Position numbers and translations under genes: made by a program. Under the pieces are notes generated by a model that was not told where the DNA came from, did not search any database, and saw only the letters and a list, made by a program, of their open reading frames with translations. From Azolla caroliniana (taxonomy: Eukaryota > Plantae > Polypodiophyta), in NCBI GenBank assembly GCA_043228905.1, contig JBHGNT010000012.1:11160001-11224000 (forward strand): a stretch of 64,000 nucleotides of DNA, given 5' to 3'. Of this stretch, positions 43,196 through 54,560 are shown piece by piece. Each line of letters begins with the position of its first letter. The first letter of the stretch is position 1.

Positions 43196-44359
43196 AGTCA
43201 CGAAGATGCGCGTGCGTGCGTGCTTCGCTTGAGCGGGACCATCGGGGTCTCGGACCGGGGAGGACGATCGCAAAATTGTCGAAAAGATGACGATGTGTAT
43301 GTAGGAGTTGAGGAAACTAATGTCACACTTGAGAAGACCGAAGATTTTTTATACTTGAGAAGAAGATAGATGTCAAGAAGAAGAATAAGAAGAGTATTAT
43401 ATTATTATTGATGATGATGATCTCCAAATTGACCCCCCCTTTACACAAACCTTACGAGGGTTTTTATAGGTCTATCCATGCTTCTAACATGCACAAAACC
43501 ATGGGCTTGGACCCATGGTTTTTGGGCACATGGTGTTTCTTGTGGCATGCACAAAACCATGGGCTTAGAACATGGTTTTGTGTGCACACGATTTTGTACA
43601 GTTGTTTTCCTATGCCTTTTGAATATGAAAAGAAATAGAAAACATTTACAATACTTGGTAGTAGCCCTAATGGTAAGGTAAATGTCTCCTATCTTGGAGG
43701 TGCAAGGTTCAAATCTTGCTTGCACCCCTCTATCTATATGCACTCAAATGCCACTAGGCCCTAGGATAATTTTCATATTTATAATCGTTTGTGTAATGGC
43801 CGTGGAATTACACTATTTCACAATTTCTCCCATTGGACACGCAACATCACAACGTCCACCCCTACCAAACCACACATCCTCCAGCATGTGCCAAGAAGAA
43901 AAGAGTGATGTCGTGGACTCAAAGGTGGTTGGCCTTTGATTTCTTTCTTTCTTACGCCTCGCCTGTGATGGCCTTTGTCCTCCATTTTGAGCACACATGC
44001 AGTCCTTCCACCCAAACCATTGTCGCCACCCGATCAACCATATCATTTGCTCGCCCTTCGCATTGACATGACCACTTGATGTAGCCCTTTTTGCTCCACC
44101 TGAGCATAACCCTTCATGCATCGTACATTTGCCGCCTTCATCCTGACCATCTCCTTGGTCATCAAACTTCCTCCGATCGTCCTTTCTCGTCTCATGCTTG
44201 CGTTTTCTCATGCTCAGCAGCCTCAACTGGGTGTCGCGGCTCCTTTGCTTCAATCTCCGGCTTCATCGGCTCAACTTTTGTTTGGATTTGTCTTGACCAA
44301 TCAGCTTCAGGCTTGGTTGGTCTTCTTCCGGATTCACATTCAGGTTTGGGCTTGGTAGG
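43196..44359 (-). mobile_element. 3' end of a W-related element (LTR about 43196-43851, PPT-like 43852-43870, internal remnant)
   Basis: Minus-strand GGTAGGGGTGGACGT then TGTGATG; 43990-44080 is similar in reverse complement to 51270-51350; left boundary approximate. Confidence 0.6.
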
Positions 44360-45053
44360 TGTTACGGGCATGACCATATAATATCCCGTGGTGAGAATTT
44401 ACCGTAGTATTCTATACACGTGGATAAGTGTGAGGGTTAAACGAGAGTGTAAAGAAGGAGAGGATTACTTTTAATCCTCGGGATTGAGACAACCCATTAG
44501 GCGAAGTGTGAACTTGCCTGGGGGCCTTGGGTATCGCTACAAATAAGAGGCCTAGCTACCCTCATTTCATCATCTTGTTGACTACGTTGAGACTCTGTCT
44601 TGTGGTGGGTCAACTCTTGTAGTGAGCGCGCCAGCACCAGGTACGACTCGACGCCATGACGGTGGTATGGGATGTCGATCGAGGCTCGAGTCCGTCTCGA
44701 TCCCTTCGCTCGGGGGTGGTCGGGTGGATCGGCACCCTTCTTTCTCTCTCTCCTTTCTATCTATCTATCTATATTCTATCCTTATCTAATGCTTACATTA
44801 GTTCATGTCTCTAATAGTTGGTATCTGAGCCTATGTTCTAATGTTTCTATTGTTGGTTTTGTCTTCTTGATGGATGGCGATCTTGTTCCAAACAGCAATC
44901 AACAAAGGAACTTCGGTAATCTTTCTTGTTTTTTTATCATCTTTCTTCTCCCAATTTAATCATGTGTATGGTTAATCTGTAAATTTTTTTTATAGATTCA
45001 ATGATGTTGTAGTGGTAATTAATTGGTTATATAAAACATTTACATATGTGCAC

Positions 45054-45298
45054 GAGGTCAATACCTCATTTGACATATAAATAATATGTGATTAGTGTCG
45101 CATGCGTACGAGGTTAATACCTCAATTGCGTATTACGTTCATGTACATATGTTATGTATGCGTATGAGGTCAATACCTCGATTTCGTTGTAAATGATATG
45201 CGTTTGGTCTCATATGCATAAGAGGTCAATACCTCAATTGCGTATTATGATGAACCCTTATTTTTGGATGTTTCGTTTGCGTAGAGGTATATATCTCG
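45054..45298. repeat. Diverged 56-bp-period array with palindromic core GAGGT-N4-ACCTC
   Basis: Cores at 45054, 45110, 45166, 45222 and 45284; mirrored at about 62649-62891. Confidence 0.8.
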
Positions 45299-46289
45299 AT
45301 TATATCATTTGTGGCTATTTGATGTAACGATTTGTTTAATATACGCATATGTGGTCACGTGTATATGTATTTGATCGTATATATGTGATAATATACATAT
45401 GTGTATATAAGTTATTACGTGATTTTAATATCGAATGTTTTCCTTTTCGGGGAAAGGATCTTGGTGGTTGTCCTCACATTTTTGTGAGAATGGTGTTGTC
45501 ACCATCCCTTTTTTCAACAATTTTTTATTGTTGACATTCCCGTTGGTGACTTCGATTTTATTACGTAAAGAAATGCCTATAGCCACAATGATGTCAAGAA
45601 CGAAGGGCTTGACCCACACCATGTGAGGTCGCTCCCATGACACACATATCCAACATCCCTCCCTCGTTACATGGATACGATGCCACCATGAGGTCATTCT
45701 TACGAAAGGTATTCGTAATGACGTAACCATGTGATGGGCCACGTGGGCCTACTACGAAAAGAGGGCTCATTTGGCTTGACCATTAGGTTGCACTTTGGCG
45801 TATGCCATCGTAATTACGAGACTTGAGGTTAGGTAACGTACCAACATATTTTGTAGTAAACGAGGGGGAAATAAGGACTCTTGACATATATGTTTCTTTT
45901 AAAAAAACATATATGGGCAAATGCCTCACATATCTCTTATACGCATGAAGCATTAAACATTCAAGAAGAGCATATCTCCTACTTCTTTGCCAGAAACATA
46001 ATTTATTGTTAACATTCTTTTGGTATATAAACTACTCATGACGCGAACATAGATGGTTGAGCCTCGGGGAGCCGCCATGAAAGACATTAATTTGTCACCC
46101 CCATGGTTTTTAAAACACCTTTGTGTTACCATAGTAACCTAATCTTGAACCTCATCTCATGTGTAGAGGGGTATTGACGTGAGATCATGATATCGATTAA
46201 TGTTTGTCCATGATATATTTACATCACGACATGATGTTATGACTATTTGTCTGACCTTATCCTATTTCTTTGCCGGAAATAATCATTTA

Positions 46290-48716
46290 ATGGCTCCAAA
46301 TAACGACCCGATATCATCCGCTCAAGCGAAAGGAACTCAAGGAAATCCTCTTGGACAAATGTCCATTGAGATGTATTTTTCGCAAATAACCCAATACCTT
46401 AGTTTCACCGCTCAACAGATGACCGAACTTCGGCAATCTCAAAGTGCTCTCGAGGCACGTGTCATTAGTTTACAACATGAGACTAATAGACCTGATGAAC
46501 GACAGGGTGAACCATCATTTGTCGTTAAGCAATTTACGGGAGAGAAAATGGAAAGAACCGAAGAATCAATCTGCACGTGGCTAGGCTGATGGGAGTCTCA
46601 TTTTGAGCTCTATCCCACGCAAGATAGTACGAAGATTGCATATGTCGGCCGAGAACTAGGGGGTAAGGCCGCTGCCTGGTGGCGTGGGCTCCGTACTTTG
46701 GGGAAATTGCTCGATACTTGGAAAAATTTTGTCACGGTTTTTAAGGGCCAATTTCTACAACCTCCCTCTCGAACCGAGGAAGCTCAAGCTTTAATGAACC
46801 TCTCTAGTAGGAAGTTTTCCTTGTTAGAAGACTATGTCCACCACGCTAGAACCCAAATCCAAAAATCGGGTCTAGAAGGGGACAATTGGTTAATAGCTTG
46901 TTTTGTGAATGGCATCCCCAATTCGGACTATCACTGGATAATGCACGATAGGGATCCAAAATCCTTCGACGAGGCCGTTGAACGCACTTCGAAGAAGGAC
47001 CACAACAAACCCAACGAAGCGTTGGGGACTAAGCAATTGCAATTCACTGGGAAACGCAAGACACCCAACGAATTCATGGATCGCGATTGTAAGCGACAAC
47101 ATCCTTTTTGCGTATTTTGCAAAAAGAAGGGTCATACAAAAGAGCAATGTCGAAAGCTCCAACAGAAAGAGCATGATAGCAAAGCTAAAGCTGCAGACCA
47201 TAAAGGTTAGATTCCTAATGTCCTTCAGGTCTATACACATCATTTAAGTAATTGTCAATGTTCTTTCCCTCACTATGTATTGGGTCCCAATGATTTACTA
47301 CGTGCAAACGGGTATATCAATGGATCTCCCGTACAATTTTTGTTTGATTCAGGAAGCTCACACAACTTTGTGAATGATCGTTTGGTTCAGATATGGGGAA
47401 TCCAACCCACCGTAAGTGATCACACCTATACGGTGCACTTGGCTGATGGAAGAGTACAATACATCAACGGGGAGATTCATTCATTAGGAATTTCTATTGA
47501 TACTTATATAGAGGAAGTAGACTTCCATGTAATGAATCTTTGTACCACTGATGTAATACTGGGTTATGCCTGGTTCTATAATAAAAACTCTTCTTTATCT
47601 ATTGATTGGGTTCATCATTCAATTACATTTGTATTTAATGACTGTACTCATTTTATTCAATGTGTAAAAAAACAATCCCTCTCGATTGTTTCCACTCCAT
47701 CAATATCCAAGTTGTCTTGTTCTAATCTATTTTATTGTGTACTTGATCCAGACATTCATGTTTACACTATTGATAATGTCTCGGTTCAATTAACATATTT
47801 TGAACAATAACAACTTAATGAAATCTTAAATGATTTTCGTGATGTTTTTCCGAGTGAACTACCAGATGTGTTATCTCCTAAATGTAATATAGACCATTGT
47901 ATAGATATTGTACCTGGCGTTGCACCAATAAGTATACCTCCTTATTGCTTAGGTCGATCTGAAGAGGATGAGGTATCTAAGCAAGTCAAGGACTATTTAC
48001 GAATGGGTTATATACGTTATAGTAAATCTCCATGGGTTGCACTAGTTCTCTTGGTTAAAAAGAAAGAGGGCACATGGCGTATGTGTATTAATTACCGACG
48101 CTTGAATAAAGTGACGATCAAGAATTCGTATCCATTGCCTAGGGTTGACGATCTAATTGACCGTCTCCAGGGAGCTCGGTATTTTACGAAACTTGATCTC
48201 CGTACTGGCTACCATCAAATTCGTATAAGTGAGGATGATGTTCCTAAAATGGCATTTCGTATGCGCTATGGCCATTATGAGTTTTTGGTTATGCATTTTG
48301 GTTTGACCAATGCTCCGGCTACATTTCAACAAGAAATGAATGACATTTTCCGAGAACAACTTGGAAAATTTGTCGTTATTTTCTTGGATGATATTTTAGT
48401 TTATAGCCGTACATTACAAGAACATGCTAAACATGTCCGCTTTGTTTTACAAACATTGCGTGACAAACTGTTTTATGCGAAGATCTTAAAATGTGAGTTC
48501 TTCAAGAAATCAATTACTTATCTTGGACATCTCATAACCGAATGAGGAGTTGAAGTTGATCCTTCTCGTATCGAGAAAATCAAGCTTTGGCCCACTCTTC
48601 GGAATATTCGAGAAGTTCGATCATTCCTTGGTTTTGTCGGGTTTTTGCGGAAATATCTTCGTAATTACTCCCAATTGACAATGCCGTTTAGTGATCTTCT
48701 AAAAGATCAAACGCGT
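46290..48716 (+). pseudogene. E1 gag-PR-RT
   Basis: CVFCKKKGHTKEQC; LFDSGSSHNF; [10 protein letters not shown]; [10 protein letters not shown]; several stops. Confidence 0.9.
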
Positions 48717-49547
48717 TGTCGTAGTGTGAATCACACACTATGTGAAATATGTAAAATACTATATTCGATTTAAAGTACAAATAATAAATAAAATAAAATA
48801 TTAAAAAAAAGATTTATTACGTGCATAAGACAAGATTCAAACCTTGTACCTCGACATAGACAAACCCCAACCTTATCATTGTACTAACTTATCCTTAGTG
48901 TTTTAAGTATAGATTTAATACCTATAAGACCTTTATTTACGCCTACCTTTATTAAAAAAGTAAGTCATGCATTTTTAGAGTGCGTGAATACTTTATTTAT
49001 AAGAAAAATGTAAACCAATAAAATATTACTCGTGCACATCTAGCGAGCATGAGCACTATATTTAGGAAATAAAAGCATGGTGTAAAAAGCAACTCATGCA
49101 CATTTAATGTGCATGAACACTTTAGAAAAAACATAGAGTCTATCTATAGAAAAAGCATGGATTGTTAAGACTCTTTGATCACTTTATAAGGATGAGGAGC
49201 ACAATGTAATAGGGGTGTGAAATATTTGGAAATTGGATATATTTCTAAAAGACACCAATTAATATATTCGTGAGATTCACGAAATAAACTATACTCGTGG
49301 GATTCATGAGATTTCTATATTCTTCTCTTTCAATCGAAATTCATATTCTGATTAATAAAATTCATTATACTTATGGGATTCACAAGTTTTCTATATCTCT
49401 TTCTAATAATCTATCCATAACTATAACCTTGTCTCAAATTCTTCCTCGTCCTAGTCCAAAACCCCAGCGGTTCCCACCCGACTCATGCAACGATCCGGAG
49501 CCGAAAGGCACGACACAAGTGGTGAACCCAACGTGAAGACGGGTGGC

Positions 49548-50825
49548 ATGGAGAGGGAGAATCAACAAGAGGCGATGAACACGATGATGATGATGTTCGA
49601 GTGGATGCTACAAGAACAACGAGCGATGTCAGAGATCACGGTGGCATTAAAGAGGCTTGTACAACGAAACAGACAATTCAACGGAAACGATGTGTCACGC
49701 TATCTACGTGACTACAAGGCGGAGATGATGCGATGTAGGATACCGGAAGGATTGCAAGTGACATCCTTCAATCGGGTGGCCACGGATGAGCTACAAGAGA
49801 GAATCCACAAGATACGGCAACAAAACTCAACATGGGGGTCATTCGAAGAAGCTTTACGAGAGGTATATGATTACAAGAGATTGAAGGGACAAGATCGACG
49901 CGAGTTTGACCAATGGGTGGCATTGACAAAGACTCACCGAACTACGACACTAGCATTCTTAGAGTTTGAGTATCATTTTGCTCAACTCTCAGAGCGGGAA
50001 CAAAGATTGATGGGGTTAGATAAAGTCCTAATGTTCGTAAAATCGATCGATCGGAAAGAAAGGATGGACATTGGGATCAAACTCGAAGACAATGACGGTG
50101 CGAATGGTCTTACCGAGGATTGGGCCGAAGTCGAAAGGGTATGCAGGAGACATGATGAGAGGAAGATGAGAATCTTGTCAACACCAACATGGCCCATGTG
50201 GGATGGTAGATTGAGGAAAAACGATGTAGCCGATATGAAGGCTGAAATACAATATGATGGGACCACGAGAGAGAGTGTGGAACAAGACACCCTTTTGTCT
50301 TGTGAAAGAACGAAGACCAAGGATAAGGCCGATAAGCTAAGAGTGGCGAACACCACTTCAAGCATAGAAGAAGATTTCGGGATACGAGTGTTCGAGACAT
50401 CAGATGAGAAAGAGGTAAGCATAATCGATGCTTGCATAATTGATGGATATAAAGAGTGCAAGCAAGACTTGATTGAGGAGGTCGCCATGAAAGATGACAT
50501 CGAATCAGAGGTGGCTATGGACGAATCGATGGCGTATGACCGTATCGAAACTTTCTCACCACTGATTCCAGAGACTCCGACAGTTGCGTTCGAAAGGCAA
50601 CGTGAGACCAAAGAGACGGAAGGTGGCGGAGACAAAACGAAGGCCGAAGCTGATGTATACAACAGAGAGATAGCCAAGAAGGTGGATATGCGTGAAATGA
50701 AGGAGAAGGATAATACCGAGGATTCCTGCCCACTAATCCTAGAGACTTCGACGGTTGTGTCCGAGAAGCAACGTGAGACCGGAGTGTTAAAGGTAAAGTC
50801 GGAAGCCGGTTCAGATGGAAGATGA
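49548..50825 (+). CDS. Gag-like protein with an acidic low-complexity tail
   Basis: The N-half aligns with W1 Gag (MMMMFE.MLQEQRAMSEI, FNGNDVSRYLRDYKAEM); the C-half is unrelated and E/D/K-rich. Confidence 0.75.
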   Translation: MERENQQEAMNTMMMMFEWMLQEQRAMSEITVALKRLVQRNRQFNGNDVSRYLRDYKAEMMRCRIPEGLQVTSFNRVATDELQERIHKIRQQNSTWGSFEEALREVYDYKRLKGQDRREFDQWVALTKTHRTTTLAFLEFEYHFAQLSEREQRLMGLDKVLMFVKSIDRKERMDIGIKLEDNDGANGLTEDWAEVERVCRRHDERKMRILSTPTWPMWDGRLRKNDVADMKAEIQYDGTTRESVEQDTLLSCERTKTKDKADKLRVANTTSSIEEDFGIRVFETSDEKEVSIIDACIIDGYKECKQDLIEEVAMKDDIESEVAMDESMAYDRIETFSPLIPETPTVAFERQRETKETEGGGDKTKAEADVYNREIAKKVDMREMKEKDNTEDSCPLILETSTVVSEKQRETGVLKVKSEAGSDGR

Positions 50826-51169
50826 TCCGGACGGAATTCCGATCCGAAAGAAAGCTGACTCGAAAGGGGGTCGACTCGATCAAAACCGATCGACCAAGTC
50901 CGATTTGGCCGAACGCGAATATGGATGGAAGCTAACCTAGCCAAAAGCCGATCGGACGAGACCGATCCGGAAAGAAGTTAATCTGACTTAGTCGGAGGTT
51001 GAATCAGTCGAGGCCGGTGAAAACGAGGAAAAGAAAGCCAACCAAAACCAAAACCGATAGATCGAAACCGACCCGGAAGGGGGCCGAATCGGTAAAAACC
51101 GATCAACCGAGTCCCAATCGGCTGAATATGAATTCGATCAGAAGCCGATCCAACCGAAGATTATCAGCT

Positions 51170-51548
51170 CTAAAGCGAGATTATATGACAAAGGTGAACA
51201 ACGTGGGAAGCATGGCACATGCACAAGACAAGAAGGGTTATGCTCAAAAGGATCACAAGGAGCCATGACAGCCGGCCATGGAAATGCAAAGAGAGAACAA
51301 AGAATATGGTGGATCGGATGGCGACAATGGTTCGGGTGGAAAGAATGGATGTGAAGATTATCAACTCTAACGCGAGATTATACGACAAAGGTGAACAACG
51401 TGGGAAGCATGGCACATGCACAAGACAAGAAGGGTTATGCTCAAGAGGATCACAAGGAGCCATGATAGTCGGCCATGGAAATGCAAAGAGAGAACAAAGA
51501 ATATGGTGGATCGGATGGCGACAATGGTTCGGGTGGAAAGAATGGATG
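51170..51548 (+). repeat. Tandem duplication of about 197 bp
   Basis: ctaaagcgagattatatgacaaagg recurs as ctaacgcgagattatacgacaaagg 197 bp later. Confidence 0.85.
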
Positions 51549-52646
51549 AGCCCGAAATCGAGACCCGTGAAGAGAGTCTGATTTCACTCCGTTTAAGTGG
51601 ACCGATTGGATGATTGAGTCGGTACGACCAGTCCGATGAAGAGCTGGCGAGTAGTGGTGACTCGGCGATGCATTCCCCGCGCAGGAAGCCGAGGAGACGG
51701 CTTACGCGCAAAGAGAAAGGGAAGAAGAAGGTGTCGGATTCCGGCACAGATATGAACGAGTCTGACCGACGCGAGTCTGACTCCGAGCGAACCGGTGACG
51801 GGTCTTTAAAGGTGAAGACCGCGTCGACCGAGAAGGCCTCGACATCGGCTAATGTGAGATTACGCCGGTCTACCCGCCAGAAGAATCCTGTTTTGCGGTT
51901 CGGATACAACGAGTACATGGCACATCATTATGCGTACATGACCCGTGTAGCAGAAGTGCGTGAGCGGGAGAGCTACGTAGAAGCGGCTAAAGACGCGAAT
52001 TGGCGTGCTGCGATGGAGGAAGAGATGCACGCATTGGCGGAGAACGAGACCTGGGACCTGGTTGATGCACCAAGGGGGGTAAAACTGATGGGGTGTAGGT
52101 GGGTGTACAAGGTCAAGTACAACACCGATGGCTCAGTCAACCGGTACAAGGCTCGGATAGTGGCAAAGGGCTACGTGCAGAAACACGGCATCGACTACGA
52201 TGAGACGTTTGCGCCGGTCGCGAAAATGACGACCGTCTGTATTTTGCTCACAGTAGTTGCGGTGAAGGGGTGGCACTTACATCAGATGGATGTAAAGAAT
52301 GCGTTCCTGCAAGGTGACCTTGAGGAACAGGTGTACATGGTACAACCCCCCGGATCTCACTCCGGAACGAACTCCTTGGCAGTATGCCGACTGAAGAAGT
52401 CCCTTTACAGACTGAAGCAAGCCCCGCGTGCCTGGAACGCGAAGATCACGCAACAACTGCGTCGGATGGGCTTCGTCACGTCAAAATCGGACTCTTCCCT
52501 ATTCATCCGGAAAGGCCGACTCGGACCGGTTAGTATTTTACTATATGTTGATGACGTGGTCATCACCGGCGCCGACCTAGATGAAATCGACCGCGTGAAG
52601 CTCCAGCTTGCGGCATCGTTCGACATGAAGGATCTGGGGGACCTTC
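51543..52646 (+). pseudogene. Second copia B-family fragment (IN-RT linker and RT)
   Basis: Close paralogue of 17206-18319; continues at 63740. Confidence 0.92.
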
Positions 52647-52754
52647 TATTATAGATCTAAGTACTAAAGTAAGCTTAAGATAAGGATAAAGTAATGATAG
52701 ATAGAAAGGAGAAAGAGAAAGAAGGGTGCCGATCCACCCGACCACCCCCGAGCG

Positions 52755-54064
52755 TTTGAGGACTGTAAAAGGTCCACAAAACCGTGGGGCTAACTTAGCG
52801 CACTTACTCGTAGACAATGTCTTAGAATTGTGAGGTACATGTAAAAATACCTTCTGTCCAGGGTTGAATACACGAGGTTGCCTATGATGATCGGCATAAA
52901 AACGCGCTCTATCTTGAGGTGTTTTTATATTATCTCGTGCAATATGCAACATATCTTGCATATCCCAAAGAAAGTTTTGCGTACTTCGCAACTCATCATG
53001 ATGTATATTAACATCAATCGGGGCTTGTGGTTGAAAACCATACATCAACATAAAAGGACTATATCCCGTCGACGTATGCTTGGAGCTGTTATAAGAAAAC
53101 TCCAAAATTGGGACATAACGTTCCCATTTTGTTGGTTTTGCACCAACGTATGCTCAAAGCATGTCCTCAATAATTTGATTTACTCGTTCTGTCTGACCAT
53201 CGGATTGAGGATGATCCGTGGAGCTCATGCTCAACGTAGTTTCTAACTTCTTAAAGGTTTTGAAGGATCAGGTAAAAGAAGTGAAGGAGCCTTGCAAACT
53301 AGGTCCTTGAGTTCCTTAAAGGCGAGGTCTAGTGTACCATTCCACACAATAGGTTTTGTAGACTTACGCGTTTGACCTTTTAAAAGATTAGTAAACGGCG
53401 TCGTCAATTGGGAGTAATTACGAAGAGACTTTCGCAAAAACCCGACAAAACCAAGGAATGATCGAACTTCTCGAATATTCCGAAGAGTGGGCCAAAGCTT
53501 GATTTTCTCAATGCGAGAAGGATCAATTTCAACTACTCGTTCGGTTATGAGATGTCCTAGATAAGTAATTGATTTCTTGAAGAACTCACATTTTGAGATC
53601 TTCGCATAAAACTGTTTGTCACGCAATGTTTGTAAAACAAAGCAGACATGTCTAGCATGTTCTTGTAATGTACGGCTATAAACTAAAATATCATCCAAGA
53701 AAATAACGACAAATTTTCCAAGTTGTTCTCGGAAAATGTCATTCATTTCTTGTTGAAATGTAGCCGGAGCATTGGTCAAACCAAAAGTCATAACCAAAAA
53801 CTCGTAATGGCCATAGCGCGTACGAAATGCCGTTTTAAGAACATCGTCCTCACTTATTCATAATTTGATGGTAAACAGTACGGAGATCAAGTTTCGTAAA
53901 ATACCGAGCTCCTTGGAGACGGTCAATTAGATCGTCAGCCTGGGGCAATGGGTACGAATTCTTGATCGTCACTTTATTCAAGCGTCGGTAATTAATACAC
54001 ATACGCCATGTGCCCTCTTTCTTTTTAACCAAGAGAACTGGTGCACCCCATGGAGATTTACTAT
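52755..54064 (-). pseudogene. E2 RT and integrase C-terminal remnants
   Basis: [11 protein letters not shown]; [10 protein letters not shown]; FSYNSSKHTSTGYSPF; KLAPRFCGPF; RNase H and IN core deleted near 53245. Confidence 0.88.
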
Positions 54065-54491
54065 TGTCATGGCAAGACTCGAACCCATGACTTTATGCTA
54101 CATGGGTCGAGCTCTTACCATTAGATCATGTATTGTAATACGTAGGATATTATTTTCTTTTACATTTTATTATAGGAAATTAGTGTATATTCCAGATTTC
54201 TCTGGAACATTCTAGAAGCTTCAGGATTACTCCTGAAAACACTATAAAAGAGGGCACTAGGCATTATGTTGAACCAAATTGGTTCAACACCAGTCTTAAG
54301 CCTCTTAGTCGATTTGTACTTATCTTTCATATAATATAAGAGCTGCTGTCATCATCTTATTTCCCTCTCTCTCTCTCTCCTCTTCTCACTTTCTCTCTCT
54401 CGGGAATCTTACGCAGTCCCGTCCTCTTAGTACTAATAGTACTACTCTTCTTAGTACTAATTCCATCTCTGTTTTAGTACTATTCCTGACA
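54065..54491 (+). repeat. 5' LTR of the chromovirus
   Basis: TGTCA..TGACA; TATA at 54243-54249. Confidence 0.97.
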
Positions 54492-54493
54492 GT

Positions 54494-54505
54494 TTGAACC
54501 AATTT
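54494..54505 (+). other. Self-priming-type PBS
   Basis: TTGAACCAATTT is complementary to AAATTGGTTCAA at 54276-54287; no TGG tRNA-type PBS. Confidence 0.78.
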
Positions 54506-54560
54506 TTTCCTCTAGCCTACTTGTCACTCTCCCTCATCCTCCTACCCTTTTCCCTATACT

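Larger units (their letters stand above)
44360..48716 (+). mobile_element. 5' portion of gypsy family E, copy 1 (LTR 44360-44816, iMet-type PBS 44819-44831, long leader, degenerate gag-PR-RT)
   Basis: Inverted homologue of 52647-63739; TGGTATCTGAGCC; truncated at 48717 by a W insertion. Confidence 0.87.
48717..51548 (+). mobile_element. W3: pol-less derivative of family W (LTR 48717-49515, Trp PBS 49520-49537)
   Basis: LTR termini as in W1; TGGTGAACCCAACGTGAA; gag-like ORF without PR or RT; ends at a junction with a copia fragment. Confidence 0.85.

Noticed and set aside
45054-45298. CRISPR-like array of palindromes with spacers
   Set aside because: The core is only 14 bp, spacers resemble each other, it lies in a retrotransposon leader, and there are no cas genes.
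49982-50944. Long antisense ORFs (also 34531-35388, 15919-16692, 3298-3867)
   Set aside because: Shadows of sense-strand coding bias with no recognisable motifs.
54065-54130. Functional tRNA gene (also 43656-43730 and 21900-21968)
   Set aside because: No convincing acceptor stem or canonical anticodon loop; reported only as tRNA-like modules.
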